Shown here piece by piece: positions 1-10,371 of a DNA stretch of 64,000 nt. Source of the stretch: an uncultured delta proteobacterium (GTDB taxonomy: Bacteria; Myxococcota_A; Polyangia; Polyangiales; B10-G4); the NCBI GenBank assembly GCA_963727445.1, contig CAVSGI010000021.1, forward strand, positions 160,001-224,000, written 5' to 3'. The position numbers were made by a program, and so were the translations under genes. Under the pieces are notes generated by a model. The model was not told where the DNA came from. It made no database searches and saw only the letters and a program-made list of their open reading frames with translations. Every line of letters begins with the position of its first letter. Positions within the stretch are counted from its first letter, which is position 1.

Positions 1-184
1 GTCGTCTGCTTCATTTGATCACCGAAAAGCCAAACCCCTCGAAATCGCGGGGAGTCTAGCCCGAACCGCTTCTGCGGGAAAGGCGCCCGCGGGCCCTCGT
101 CGACCAAGCGTCCATCATCGCCGGATTTCGCCCGGCCCCCGTCGGGGGTAAATCAGGGCCGATCCAGTGCGGCTCCCGGATGAA

Positions 185-1546
185 ATGCGTCGAGACGTCG
201 CCGCCGCGGTCGTCCTCGCGACCCTCTCCCTGACGACGTCGGTTCTCCTCGACGCGGGGGTGATCTGCTCCAACGACGGGTCGCACTACGCGCTGACCCG
301 CGCCCTCGCGGACGATGGCTCTGCCGTCATCGACGACTACCTCCCCTACACACGGGAGGTCGATTTCGCGCGGATGGGCCACCACGACTACAGCGATCGT
401 CCACCAGGCACGGCGCTGCTGGCGGTGCCCGTTTACGCGGCGACCTCGGCCCTCCATCTCCGTGATGTCGCCCGCCAGAGCCTGGTGGTCCTCGTTCCCG
501 CGCTCTTCGGCGCGCTCGCCGTCGTCTTCACCTTCCTCCTCGCGCGCCGCTTCGACGCCTCTCGAACGGGCGCCTTCCTCGCGGCGATGCTCCTCGCGCT
601 CGGGACGCTTCATCGGAGCTACGCATCGGCGCTCTTCAGCCACGCGATCTCGAGCGCGCTCCTGCTCGCCACCATCCTCCTCGCCATGCCGCGCACCTTC
701 GTCCAGCACCGGCGTCGCGCCCAGCTCCTCGCAGGCCTCGTGGGCGGATATGCCTGCGGCGTCGACTATTCCAGCGTCGTCCCGGTCGCCGTCGCCTGCC
801 TGGTGGCGACCGCTCTCGAGGGCCCGAGCCTTCGCGTGCGCGCGGAGAGCCTCGCGGTCTTCGCCGCCGGGGGGCTGGTGGGCGTGCTGCCAGCGCTCGC
901 CTATCACACGCTGGTCTTCGGTGGGCCGTTCGCCATCGGCTACCACTACACCGTCAGCTATCCGCACACGCACGCGCTTCACACCCTTTATGGCGGCTCC
1001 TTCTCGGCGGGCCTCTTCGCGCTCACCCTCAGCCCCGAGAGTGGGCTCTTGGTGCACAGCCCGGCCCTGTTGTTGTCCCTCGCCGCGGCTCCCGCGTTCG
1101 CGCGCGCCTCAGGCCGCCGCGCCGCGCTGGTACTGCTGCCGGCGATCGCGCTCTTCCTTCTGACCTGTTTCAACTTCACGCCCGCTGGCGGCGCGAGTCG
1201 TGACGCGCGTTACCTGATGACGGTGCTGCCGCTCCTGGTCGTTCCTTCCGCGTGGGCCTTCGAGTGGGCGAAGCGGCGCGGCCGGCGCGCTTTCGCCGGG
1301 GCGGTCTCCCTGCTCGCGCTCTCGATGGTGATCCAGGCGATCAAACACCACGCGATGTGGGTGCGCGACGGCGAGGTGTGGCTCACGCATTTCGCGCGGA
1401 GCACGGATTTCTTCGCCACGCTCTCGGCGTTCCTGCGATGGGCGGCCCCACACCCGCTATTCGCGGCGACGGTGCTCTTCGCGGGTCTGTACGTGGCTAG
1501 ACGCGTGTGGCCCGAGGCGAGGATGCGGGGCGATGCCGCGCTTTGA
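185..1546 (+). CDS. Polytopic membrane glycosyltransferase, GT-C type (ArnT/PMT-like)
   Basis: Many hydrophobic helices; first loop has SNDGSHY...YSDRPPG; lies directly upstream of rmlB. ATG 185 preferred over GTG 167. Confidence 0.6.
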   Translation: MRRDVAAAVVLATLSLTTSVLLDAGVICSNDGSHYALTRALADDGSAVIDDYLPYTREVDFARMGHHDYSDRPPGTALLAVPVYAATSALHLRDVARQSLVVLVPALFGALAVVFTFLLARRFDASRTGAFLAAMLLALGTLHRSYASALFSHAISSALLLATILLAMPRTFVQHRRRAQLLAGLVGGYACGVDYSSVVPVAVACLVATALEGPSLRVRAESLAVFAAGGLVGVLPALAYHTLVFGGPFAIGYHYTVSYPHTHALHTLYGGSFSAGLFALTLSPESGLLVHSPALLLSLAAAPAFARASGRRAALVLLPAIALFLLTCFNFTPAGGASRDARYLMTVLPLLVVPSAWAFEWAKRRGRRAFAGAVSLLALSMVIQAIKHHAMWVRDGEVWLTHFARSTDFFATLSAFLRWAAPHPLFAATVLFAGLYVARRVWPEARMRGDAAL

Positions 1547-1596
1547 CCGGTTGGTATGACTGTTGTATAGCGGCCTCCCGGAGGGATTGGCTTTTC

Positions 1597-2652
1597 ATGC
1601 GTATTCTCGTCACAGGCGGGGCCGGATTCATCGGCTCGAACTTCCTGACGCGTTACGTCCAGCGTCATCCCGAGCACCAGTTCATCAACTTCGACAAGCT
1701 CACCTACGCTGCCAATCCCCTCAGCCTGACCAGCGTCGCCCTCGCCCCGAACTACACCTTCGTTCACGGCGACATCGTCGACGCAGAGCGCGTCGAGCAG
1801 ACCCTGCACGATCACCGGCCCGACGTGGTGATCCACTTCGCGGCCGAGAGCCACGTCGACCGGAGCATCCACGACCCGCACGACTTCCTCCGCACGAACG
1901 TCGAGGGCACCTTCAACCTCCTGCAGAGCTGTCGCACGCTTTGGAAGAAGGGCGAGGGGCTCTTCCACCACGTGAGCACCGACGAGGTCTACGGCTCGCT
2001 CGGGCTCACCGGGAAGTTCTCGGAGCAGACGGCCTACGATCCCTCCAGCCCCTACTCGGCCTGCAAGGCGGCGAGCGATCACCTCGTTCGCGCGTGGCAC
2101 CGCACCTATGGGCTCCCGGTCAAGATCACCAACTGCTCGAACAACTACGGTCCCCGACAGTTCCCGGAGAAGCTCATCCCCTTGATGATCACCCGCTGTC
2201 TCGAGGGGCGTCCGCTCCCCATCTACGGCAACGGCACCAACGTTCGCGACTGGCTCTACGTGGACGACCACAGCGACGCCATCTGGGCGGTGATCGAGCG
2301 AGGCCGCATCGGCGAGACCTACAACATCGGCGGCAACAGTGAGCAGCGCAACGTCGACGTGGTCGAGCAGATCTGCGAGGTCGTGGCCGCCGCCACCGGC
2401 GTGCCCGTCGCTCAGCTGACGTCGCTGATGACATTCGTCCCCGACCGTCCCGGCCACGATGCCCGCTACGCCATCGACGCCTCGAAGGTGAAAGAGGAAT
2501 GCGGTTGGGAGCCGCAGGAGAGCTTCGTTTCCGGTCTGAAGAAGACGATCCGCTGGTATCTCGAGAACCGGGATTGGGTCTCCCAGGTCACGGGCGGTGA
2601 CTACCGCAACTGGATGGCCCGCCAGTATCTGGAAGCGGACGAGACGGCCTGA
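1597..2652 (+). CDS. rfbB: dTDP-glucose 4,6-dehydratase
   Basis: ILVTGGAGFIGSN, DKLTYA, HFAAESHVDRSI, HVSTDEVYG, YSACKA, NNYGPRQFPEKLIP, DRPGHD motifs. Confidence 0.97.
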   Translation: MRILVTGGAGFIGSNFLTRYVQRHPEHQFINFDKLTYAANPLSLTSVALAPNYTFVHGDIVDAERVEQTLHDHRPDVVIHFAAESHVDRSIHDPHDFLRTNVEGTFNLLQSCRTLWKKGEGLFHHVSTDEVYGSLGLTGKFSEQTAYDPSSPYSACKAASDHLVRAWHRTYGLPVKITNCSNNYGPRQFPEKLIPLMITRCLEGRPLPIYGNGTNVRDWLYVDDHSDAIWAVIERGRIGETYNIGGNSEQRNVDVVEQICEVVAAATGVPVAQLTSLMTFVPDRPGHDARYAIDASKVKEECGWEPQESFVSGLKKTIRWYLENRDWVSQVTGGDYRNWMARQYLEADETA

Positions 2653-2657
2653 GAGCC

Positions 2658-3539
2658 ATGGCGGAGAAGGGAATCATCCTGGCCGGCGGCGCCGGGACCC
2701 GGCTCTATCCCATGACGCGGGCGGTCTCCAAGCAGCTGCTCCCGATCTTCGACAAGCCGACGGTCTACTATCCGCTCACCACGCTGATGCTGGCGGGCAT
2801 TCGCGACGTGCTGGTGATCAGCACGCCCCACGACAAGCCCGCCTTCGAGCGCCTCCTCGGCAATGGCGAGCACTGGGGGATGTCGATCCGCTATGCGGTG
2901 CAGCCGGAGCCCGAGGGGCTGGCCCAGGCGTTCATCATCGGCAAGAGCTTCATCGCGGGCGACCCGTGCGCGCTGGTGCTCGGCGACAACATCTTTCACG
3001 GCGACGGGCTGCACTCGCTCCTCGAGCGCGTCGCGGCCCGCAGGGGCGGCGCGACCATCTTTGGCTACTGGGTGAAGGATCCGAGCCGCTACGGCGTCGC
3101 GGTGGTCACCGAGGAGGGGCGGGTCACCGACATCGAGGAAAAGCCCGAGCGCCCCAAGAGCCATCAGGCGATCCCCGGCCTCTACTTCTACGACGCCGAC
3201 GTGGTCGAGAAGGCCGAATCGCTCCGTCCGTCGTCGCGTGGCGAGCTGGAGATCACCGACCTCAACCGCCTCTACCTCACGGAGGAGCGCCTGCGTCTCG
3301 AGCGTCTCGGCCGCGGGATCGCCTGGTTCGACACCGGCACCCCCGACTCGTTGATGAGCGCCGCGAACTACGTGATGGCGGTGCAGAAGCGCCAGGCGCG
3401 CATGGTGGCCTGCCCCGAGGAAGTCGCTTGGCGCAAAGGCTGGATCGACGACGACGGACTCGAGAGCCTCGCCGACGAGCTCGAAGGGACGAGCTACGGG
3501 CGCTATCTGCGCGAGATGGTCGAGGATCCCATCCCGTGA
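2658..3539 (+). CDS. rfbA: Glucose-1-phosphate thymidylyltransferase
   Basis: KGIILAGGAGTRLYP, SKQLLPIFDKP, LGDNIF, RGELEITD, WFDTGT motifs. Confidence 0.97.
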   Translation: MAEKGIILAGGAGTRLYPMTRAVSKQLLPIFDKPTVYYPLTTLMLAGIRDVLVISTPHDKPAFERLLGNGEHWGMSIRYAVQPEPEGLAQAFIIGKSFIAGDPCALVLGDNIFHGDGLHSLLERVAARRGGATIFGYWVKDPSRYGVAVVTEEGRVTDIEEKPERPKSHQAIPGLYFYDADVVEKAESLRPSSRGELEITDLNRLYLTEERLRLERLGRGIAWFDTGTPDSLMSAANYVMAVQKRQARMVACPEEVAWRKGWIDDDGLESLADELEGTSYGRYLREMVEDPIP

Positions 3540-4093
3540 AGGTCGAAGAGACGGCCCTGCCGGGCGTCGTCCTCATCACACCGGCGGTCTTCGGGGACGA
3601 GCGGGGATGGTTCTACGAGACCTACCAGGAGAGCCGTTACGCCGAGGCGGGCGTCCGTGTGCACTTCGTTCAGGACAACGTGTCTCGCTCCACGCGCGGG
3701 ACGCTGCGCGGCCTGCATCTTCAGCACCCGGACAATCAGGCCAAGCTGGTGTGGGTGGTGGAGGGGGAGGTCCTCGACGTCGCGGTGGACGTGCGCGTCG
3801 GCTCTCCGACCTTCGGTCGTCACGTGGCGGTGACCCTCGACGCCGCGTCGAAGCGGCAGCTCTTCATCCCCGCGGGCTTCGCGCACGGCTTCGTAGTGCG
3901 GAGCGCGGCCGCCATCTTCGCCTACAAGTGCAGCGCGCCCTACGCGCCGGCGCACGCGCTCGAGATCGCTTGGGACGACCCCGCCCTCGGCATCGATTGG
4001 GGGATCGCCGAGCCCATCCTCTCCGGCAAGGACGCGGCCGCGCCCAGCCTCGAAGAGGTGAAGGACCGCCTGCCGCGATGGGACGGCGGATGA
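3536..4093 (+). CDS. rfbC: dTDP-4-dehydrorhamnose 3,5-epimerase
   Basis: FGDERGWF, FVQDNVS, LRGLHLQ, DVAVDVRVGSPTFG, GFAHGF; GTGA overlap with the rfbA stop. Confidence 0.96.
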   Translation: MKVEETALPGVVLITPAVFGDERGWFYETYQESRYAEAGVRVHFVQDNVSRSTRGTLRGLHLQHPDNQAKLVWVVEGEVLDVAVDVRVGSPTFGRHVAVTLDAASKRQLFIPAGFAHGFVVRSAAAIFAYKCSAPYAPAHALEIAWDDPALGIDWGIAEPILSGKDAAAPSLEEVKDRLPRWDGG

Positions 4094-4950
4094 GCGAGCG
4101 GGTAGCGCTCCTCGGGGCGACCGGGATGCTGGGGCGCGCGATGCACCAGGCGCTCTCGGAGCGCGGGGCGGAGGTGCACGTGCTCGGCAGAGACGCTTTG
4201 GACCTCGCCGCGCCGGGCGACCTCGAGGTGGCCCTGCCGCGTGGCCTCGATCAGGTGATCAACTGCGCCGCATACACGGACGTCGACGGAGCCGAGAGCG
4301 CGCCTGACGCGGCGGATGCCATCAACGGCCGCGGCGTGGGAGCGCTGGCCGAGCACTGTCGCGCGATCGACGCCACCCTCGTCACCTTCGGTACCGACTA
4401 CGTCTTCGACGGAGGAGCGACCGCGCCCTACCCGGTCGATCGGCCGCTCCAGCCGATCAATGCCTACGGACGGAGCAAGGCGCTCGGCGAGCGGCTCCTC
4501 GCCGAGAGCGGCGCTCGATACCTGATGATCCGCACGAGCTGGCTCTACGCGCCCTGGGGCAGCAACTTCGTGCTCACCATGGCCCGGCTCACGAGAGAGC
4601 GCGATTCTCTCCGCGTCGTGAATGATCAGCGCGGGCGCCCGACCTCCTCGCGTCATCTGGCGCACGCGACCCTCTCGCTCGTCGAGCGCAGCGCCGACGG
4701 GATCTTCCACGTGACCGACGGCGGCGAGTGCACCTGGTACGAGCTGGCCCTCGTCGTTCGCGATCACCTGGGGCACGCGTGCGACATCGCGCCGTGTACG
4801 AGCGCGGAGTTTCCGCGACCGGCGCCTCGGCCCGCCTACAGCGTGCTCGACATCTCGACGACCGAGGCGCTCCTCGGCCCCATGCCGGACTACCGCGCGT
4901 CGGTGGCGCGCGCTCTCGACGATGCGCAGCCGGCCGGGTCGACCTCGTAG
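4090..4950 (+). CDS. rfbD: dTDP-4-dehydrorhamnose reductase
   Basis: GATGMLG, NCAAYTDVDGAE, TDYVFDG, YGRSK, VNDQRGRPT, PAPRPAYS; ATGA overlap with rfbC. Confidence 0.96.
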   Translation: MSERVALLGATGMLGRAMHQALSERGAEVHVLGRDALDLAAPGDLEVALPRGLDQVINCAAYTDVDGAESAPDAADAINGRGVGALAEHCRAIDATLVTFGTDYVFDGGATAPYPVDRPLQPINAYGRSKALGERLLAESGARYLMIRTSWLYAPWGSNFVLTMARLTRERDSLRVVNDQRGRPTSSRHLAHATLSLVERSADGIFHVTDGGECTWYELALVVRDHLGHACDIAPCTSAEFPRPAPRPAYSVLDISTTEALLGPMPDYRASVARALDDAQPAGSTS

Positions 4951-6563
4951 ACATCGATGACGTCGATCGGCTCGAAGGTGAAGGTGTAGGGCACGCCCTG
5001 CCAGACGGCGTAGTAGCCGAGGCGGCTGGTCAGAGTTCGCGGCACGTCGAGGAGCGTGCCCTCGATCGCCAGCTGCTCGCGCGCGCGCATCCTGGTGAGG
5101 TCCTCTTCGAGGATCGGTGGCTGATCGACGTTCCGCGGACGGACCAGGACATCGCATGGTGAGAGCACGGTCTGTCCCGGCACGTAGGGCCTGAGCCCCG
5201 CTTCCTCGGCGTAGTGCTGAAATCCCCAATGCCCGACGTAGTGCGTCGCCCCCTCCTCCTCGGCGAGGCGCCTCGCCACCTGGCGGTATGCGTCGGCCTC
5301 CTGAGCGTCTCCGAAGGCCACCACGATGCCGAGGACGGCGGTGAGCCCGAGCGCCCACCCGGGTCGCGCGAGGAGATCGGCGCACAGGAGCAGCCACACC
5401 ACCGCCGGGACCACGAGCAGTACGTGTCGCACGGCGACGAAGGGAGAAAGGACGATCACGAAGAGCGACGTCAGGCCGAGCCACGACGCGAGCAGCCAGG
5501 CGTCGCGCCGCTCGCCGCGCTCCATCAAGACGCGCCGGGCGCCGAGGACCAGCGCCACCGTGTAGAAGCCGTTCAGAACGAAGAGCGCGCGGAAGAGGCT
5601 CATCGCGACCGGCTCACCTCGCATCTCGCGCGGGCCGAAGTGCGCCAGCCCCTGTCCGATGACGAGCCCGACGAGCAGGAAGAAGACGATGGAGAGGGCG
5701 ACGCGACGCATACCCCGCCGTTCCATCGTGCCTGCCAGCGCGCCGAGGGTGAACGGACACGAGGCGCCGAGGGTGAGCACGAAGAGCCCGGCGCGGCCGA
5801 ACACCACGCCGATGGTGGCCAGAGGGCCGCCGACCTGCGCGCTGTCCACGGGTCGATCGAAGAGATGAACGCCGCCGTAGTCCCAGAAGTTGAAAGCCGA
5901 CCAGGCGGCCAGCATCGCGATCGGAACGAGCACACCGAGCGCGGCCTTGCGGCGATCCCGCACGAAGGCATCGATGACCAGGATGGGAAGCAGGACGAGG
6001 CTGGTGTACTTGATCAAACACGCGAGCCCGACGTAGAGGCCGGCGAGATAGACCATGCGCGGGCGGTCCGGGTCCGCGCGAACGAGCGCGTCGAAGGCCG
6101 CGAGCCAGAAGGCGAGCATCGGCACGTCGGTCATCAGGTTCTGGCCCGGGATGAAGGCGGGCCCGAGGAGGATCAGCGCGGCGCCCAGCGTGGCGCGCCG
6201 CGGCGAAAGCCCGAGCGCGCGGCCGAGGCGCAGGCCGAAGAGCGCGCAGAGCGCGGTGAAGAGCGCGACGACCAGATGAGCCGCGAAGAGCGAGCCGCCG
6301 CTCAGCGCCAGCGCGCCCGCGAGAAGATAGAAGAAGAGGTGCGGCTGGTTCAGATCGTGAATCGGCGCCGGTCGCTCACCCCAGAACACCGTGCCGCTCA
6401 TCGGATGCAAGGGGTCTTCGCGGATGTGCTCGGCGATCGCCAGGTGCGCGGTGTCGTCGACGTGCACGGCCTTCGTCACGACGAAGGCGGTGCAGATCAG
6501 CCACGCGAGCGCGAGAGCAGCTTTCAGGCGCGGCGGCGCGAGCAGCCTGTCCGAGGTGTCCAT
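4890..6563 (-). CDS. Membrane glycosyltransferase, GT-C type (GT39/ArnT-like)
   Basis: HVDD in the first loop, MTDVP, LACLIKY and many TM helices; convergent with rfbD, 3' ends overlap by 61 bp. Confidence 0.65.
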   Translation of the reverse strand: MDTSDRLLAPPRLKAALALAWLICTAFVVTKAVHVDDTAHLAIAEHIREDPLHPMSGTVFWGERPAPIHDLNQPHLFFYLLAGALALSGGSLFAAHLVVALFTALCALFGLRLGRALGLSPRRATLGAALILLGPAFIPGQNLMTDVPMLAFWLAAFDALVRADPDRPRMVYLAGLYVGLACLIKYTSLVLLPILVIDAFVRDRRKAALGVLVPIAMLAAWSAFNFWDYGGVHLFDRPVDSAQVGGPLATIGVVFGRAGLFVLTLGASCPFTLGALAGTMERRGMRRVALSIVFFLLVGLVIGQGLAHFGPREMRGEPVAMSLFRALFVLNGFYTVALVLGARRVLMERGERRDAWLLASWLGLTSLFVIVLSPFVAVRHVLLVVPAVVWLLLCADLLARPGWALGLTAVLGIVVAFGDAQEADAYRQVARRLAEEEGATHYVGHWGFQHYAEEAGLRPYVPGQTVLSPCDVLVRPRNVDQPPILEEDLTRMRAREQLAIEGTLLDVPRTLTSRLGYYAVWQGVPYTFTFEPIDVIDVYEVDPAGCASSRARATDAR

Positions 6564-6632
6564 GGCCCGGCGGGGGCGGAGCCTAGCACCGGCAGGCTCG
6601 CGGGCCTCGCCCAATCGGGCGGTCGGCGCCGA

Positions 6633-7601
6633 TCAGCCGACCACGACGCTGTTGCGCCCACTGTCTTTGGCCTCGTACATGGCGGCGTCGGCCGCCTTCA
6701 GCAGATCGGGGACGCTCTGGCCCGGGGTGAGCTCGGCCACGCCCATGGAGATGGTGACGGCGGGGAGCTCGGTCCCGTCGGGCATCTTCATGGTCTCCTC
6801 ACCCACGGCCTTTCGCACGCGCTCCGCGGCGATGGCTGCTTCGTCCACGTCGGTGTCGGGGAAGATGATCACGAACTCTTCGCCGCCGAAGCGTGCGACG
6901 AGGTCGGTGGGGCGAAGGTTCGCCGCCAGCACCTGCGCGACCACGGTCAGCACGTGATCGCCGGCGGCGTGCCCGTAGGTGTCGTTGAAGCTCTTGAAGT
7001 GGTCGATGTCGATCAACGACACGGCGAGGCGGCTGCCGCCGTTTTCGTGCCTCTTCACCATGCGGTGCAGCGTCTCGTCGAGCCAGCGCCGATTGTGAAC
7101 GCCGGTGAGCCCGTCGAACATCGCGGCGCGCTCGTACTGGCGGCGCTTCTGCACGTTCTTGCTGACGGCTCGGTTGTTCGCGCGGAGCCGGCTGGCGAGC
7201 TTGAGCAGGAGGTTGACCGCGAAGGCGTGACTGACGTTGATCAGCTGCCAGAAGTCGTCCTCGCCCACCTCCAGGACACGGCACGCCGACCTGGCCACGA
7301 CGAAGGCCGAAGCGACGCTTCCATCGAGCACCCCGAGCTCACCCACGGTCTCGCCGACGCCGATGGTGGCCACCGGATCGTTGTCCACGCTGTCGAGGTG
7401 TACGCCCAGCTCTCCGTCGAGCACCAGGTACATGCGCGCGCCGTGCACACCCTGCTCGATCAGCACTTCGCCGGGCGTCAGCTTGCGACGCTTCGCGGCG
7501 GCGATCAGCCCGCGGCGAGCGGTCAGCCCCACGCCTTCGAGCATCGCGAAGTCGTCGAGCGACTTCGCGTCGACCGGGATTTCAGACGGGCCCTTGGTCA
7601 T
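6633..7601 (-). CDS. Diguanylate cyclase with N-terminal cyclic-nucleotide-binding domain
   Basis: GEVLIEQG..MYLVLDG..GETVGEL (cNMP domain); DGLTGVHNRR, DIDHFKSFNDTYGHAAGD, RPTD I-site, RFGGEEF, MYEAKDSGRN. Confidence 0.92.
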   Translation of the reverse strand: MTKGPSEIPVDAKSLDDFAMLEGVGLTARRGLIAAAKRRKLTPGEVLIEQGVHGARMYLVLDGELGVHLDSVDNDPVATIGVGETVGELGVLDGSVASAFVVARSACRVLEVGEDDFWQLINVSHAFAVNLLLKLASRLRANNRAVSKNVQKRRQYERAAMFDGLTGVHNRRWLDETLHRMVKRHENGGSRLAVSLIDIDHFKSFNDTYGHAAGDHVLTVVAQVLAANLRPTDLVARFGGEEFVIIFPDTDVDEAAIAAERVRKAVGEETMKMPDGTELPAVTISMGVAELTPGQSVPDLLKAADAAMYEAKDSGRNSVVVG

Positions 7602-8878
7602 GGCGTGGTGGCGGAAGGCGAGATCGTGGCCGAGGATGAATCGAATGTCGACGCATAGACGACGATGAAGCCCGCGCCGCCGCCGCCACCACCGCCGCCG
7701 CCATCGAGGATGCCGCCCACCCCGCTTCCGTCGATGGCGGTGTTCGCGCCGCCCTGGCCACCCGAGGTCCCGACACCCGACGCGCCGGCACCGCCGTTGG
7801 CCGGCGCCGCGTTCAATCGCCCGTTTCCGCCGGGCGAGCCTCCCTCCGCGAAGGCGGCGCCACCACCGCCGCCGCCGCCGTTGGCGGCGAGGGTGCCGCT
7901 CACGGTCACCATCGGCGCGTCCAGGCCGATGTAGCCTCCGGAGCCCCCACCGCCCCCGCCGGTAGCGCTCGGCCGTGCGCCGCCCTGGCCTCCGGCGCCG
8001 CCTGCGTTCACGCGCCCGACGATGTCGATGCGCATGCGCGCGCTCAGCTGTACGGCGCCGCCGCCGAAGCCGCCCACCGGCTCGTCGCCCGCGTCGCCTC
8101 GGCCGGCGTTTGCGCCAGGGCATCCGCCGCGGACGATGGTCGGCGTGGAGCCGAGAGGGTCGCCGCCGGTGCCGCCCGCCTTGCGCCCGCCGTTGTCGTC
8201 CGCGTCGCCGCCGTCCCCTCCACGCCCGCCGAAGCCGCCTCCTCCGCCGCCGCCGGTTCCGCCGTCGCCGGTGTCGCCGCTGGTGGCTGTCGTGCACACG
8301 CCGGGGTTCGCGCCAGCGCCGGCCGCGCCACGTCTGCTCGAAACGTCGAGGTCTCCGTCGATCGCGATGTCGCCCCATGATGCGACGATCAACGGCATGC
8401 GTCCGACGACGCGGAGGCCGGTCATGACCGTGAAGCCATCCAACGAGATCAAGCGCGCGTCGGTGCCCCCTTGATCGATCACCATCCCCGGCAGGCTCGT
8501 CGTCGACCCGCCGTCGTCGAGGGTCCCGGTGTCGGTGTCGTAGGTGCCGTCCATCACGGTGATCGCGGGCCCGGGCGGGGGGATGGCGCACGGATCGAAG
8601 TGGCGCGCGGACCAGGTGCTGCACACTGCCGCGTCGGGTGGGGCGCCGTCAGGGATCGAGGTATCGGTGGGCGGGGCGGTATCGGCTGCGCCGTCGGGCG
8701 GTGGCGTCGTGTCCGCGGTCACGTCGCGCGTCACATCCGAGGTCGATACGTCGGTGGAGCCGTCCATCGCGCCGCCGCCGGGACTGATGGCGCTCGAGTC
8801 TACGGAACATCCCGAGACGAGCAGCAGCACGGCTGGGAGGATGTGGCGGAGGCGGCCCAACGTCGACGTCGTCAGCAT
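7598..8878 (-). CDS. Gly-rich secreted lipoprotein of unknown function
   Basis: Lipobox-like LLLVSGC, Asp/Thr/Pro linker, repeated GGGGGG(S/A)G blocks; its stop overlaps the GGDEF start (ATGA). Confidence 0.7.
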   Translation of the reverse strand: MLTTSTLGRLRHILPAVLLLVSGCSVDSSAISPGGGAMDGSTDVSTSDVTRDVTADTTPPPDGAADTAPPTDTSIPDGAPPDAAVCSTWSARHFDPCAIPPPGPAITVMDGTYDTDTGTLDDGGSTTSLPGMVIDQGGTDARLISLDGFTVMTGLRVVGRMPLIVASWGDIAIDGDLDVSSRRGAAGAGANPGVCTTATSGDTGDGGTGGGGGGGFGGRGGDGGDADDNGGRKAGGTGGDPLGSTPTIVRGGCPGANAGRGDAGDEPVGGFGGGAVQLSARMRIDIVGRVNAGGAGGQGGARPSATGGGGGGSGGYIGLDAPMVTVSGTLAANGGGGGGGAAFAEGGSPGGNGRLNAAPANGGAGASGVGTSGGQGGANTAIDGSGVGGILDGGGGGGGGGAGFIVVYASTFDSSSATISPSATTP

Positions 8879-8895
8879 ACCTCCGTCCGGCCCCG

Positions 8896-10371
8896 TCAGA
8901 GGAGGGCGCCTGCGACGGTGGCGGTCATGCAGGCCGCGAGCGTACCGCCGATCATCGCTCGCATGCCGAGCTTGGCGATGTCGTGGCGGCGCTCGGGCGC
9001 GATCCCTCCGATGCCGCCGATCTGAATGGCGATGGAGCCGAAATTGGCGAAGCCGCAGAGCGCATAGGTGGCGATCACCACCGAGCGGTAGCTCAGTCCG
9101 CTCCCTTCGCGGAGCAGGTCGCTCAGATGCGCGTAAGCGACGAATTCGTTGAGGACCAACTTCTCCCCCAGGAGCGTCGCGATCTGCGCGCAGTCCTGAA
9201 ACGGCACGCCCATCACGAAAGCCAGGGGCCAGAAGACCCAGCCGAGGACCATCTCCATGGTGACGACCGGCACGACGTCGTAGCCGACGGCCCAGTTGAG
9301 CGCGACGAAGGGGAGCCCGAGGAGGAAGTTCGCCAGCGCCACCAGCGCGATGAACGCCAAGAGCATCGCCGCGACGTTGAGCGCCAGCTGAAGACCCTCG
9401 CCTGCACCCCGCGCCGCCGCGTCGATGAAGTTCGCGTCGATCTTGTCGACCTTCAGCTGAGCGCCGGCGGCGGTCGGCGACTCCTCGGTCTCCGGCATCA
9501 TCACCTTCGAGACGACCATGGCCGCGGGGGCGCTCATGACGCTCGCCGCGATCAAGTGACCCGCCATGTCCGAAAAGACGCCTTCGAACATCTTCACGTA
9601 GGCCGCCAGCACGCCGCCCGCCACCGTCGCGAAGCCGCCCACCATCACCGCGTGGAGCTCCGAGCGCGTCATCTCGCCGACGAAGGGCTTCACCATCAGC
9701 GGTGCCTCGGTCTGGCCGACGAAGATGTTGGCCGCGACCGAGAGGGTCTCGCTCCCGCTGGTGCCCATGGTCTTCTGCATGGCCCAGGCGATGCCGGCGA
9801 CCAGCTTCTGCATCACGCCGAGGTGGTAGAGCACCGCCATCAGCGACGAGAAGAAGATGATGGTGGGAAGGACGCCGAAGGCGAAGGTGACCAGCCAGCC
9901 CGACGCCTGTCCGGTGAGGTTGCGGAAGATGAACTCGGAGCCCTCGGCGGTGAAGCCGAGGAGCTTCATCACCGCCGTGTTCAGACCTTCGAAGATCGTC
10001 CGGCCGACGCTGGTCTTGAGCACGAAGAGCCCGAAGAGGATCTGGAGCGAGAGCCCCCACCCGATCACGCGCCACGGGACCTTCTTCCGGTTCGTCGAGG
10101 CGAGCCAGCCGAGCGCCACGATGGCCAACAGGCCCACGAGGGACAGGGCGCGCTGATACCAGGGCACTGGCTGGGCGCGCTCGCGGATGTCGCTCAGCGC
10201 CATCGCTTCGTTTTCGCCGGCCTCTCGCTGGGCCTCTTCGACCGCCGCCGCATCACCGCTGTCGGTCTCGGCGGTGGTCACACTCTGCTCGTCCTCCTGG
10301 GCGGCGGCGGGCCCGGGAGCGAAGCTCGAAAAAATCGCCGCGACCAACAGCGTCGCGGCGATTCGAATCAC
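8896..10371 (-). CDS. nupC: Concentrative nucleoside transporter (CNT/NupC family) with N-terminal extension
   Basis: LPTIIFFSSL, ANIFVGQTEAPL, GGFATVAGGV, ASVMSAPAA, LNEFVAY, YALCGFANFGSIAIQIGG. Confidence 0.93.
   Translation of the reverse strand: MIRIAATLLVAAIFSSFAPGPAAAQEDEQSVTTAETDSGDAAAVEEAQREAGENEAMALSDIRERAQPVPWYQRALSLVGLLAIVALGWLASTNRKKVPWRVIGWGLSLQILFGLFVLKTSVGRTIFEGLNTAVMKLLGFTAEGSEFIFRNLTGQASGWLVTFAFGVLPTIIFFSSLMAVLYHLGVMQKLVAGIAWAMQKTMGTSGSETLSVAANIFVGQTEAPLMVKPFVGEMTRSELHAVMVGGFATVAGGVLAAYVKMFEGVFSDMAGHLIAASVMSAPAAMVVSKVMMPETEESPTAAGAQLKVDKIDANFIDAAARGAGEGLQLALNVAAMLLAFIALVALANFLLGLPFVALNWAVGYDVVPVVTMEMVLGWVFWPLAFVMGVPFQDCAQIATLLGEKLVLNEFVAYAHLSDLLREGSGLSYRSVVIATYALCGFANFGSIAIQIGGIGGIAPERRHDIAKLGMRAMIGGTLAACMTATVAGALL

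Noticed and set aside
4890..4950. 61-bp convergent overlap of rfbD and the glycosyltransferase as antisense regulation
   Set aside because: Short 3' overlaps are common in GC-rich genomes where stop codons are scarce.
6633..7601. Possible Hypr-type (cGAMP-making) GGDEF
   Set aside because: The specificity position is the canonical Asp (GHAAGD), not Ser.
5214..7658. Long antisense or alternate-frame ORFs (for example 5214-7658, 14459-16873, 32257-34239, 35850-37820)
   Set aside because: Shadow ORFs expected at high GC; they are Arg/Pro/Ala-rich and overlap genes with clear family motifs.
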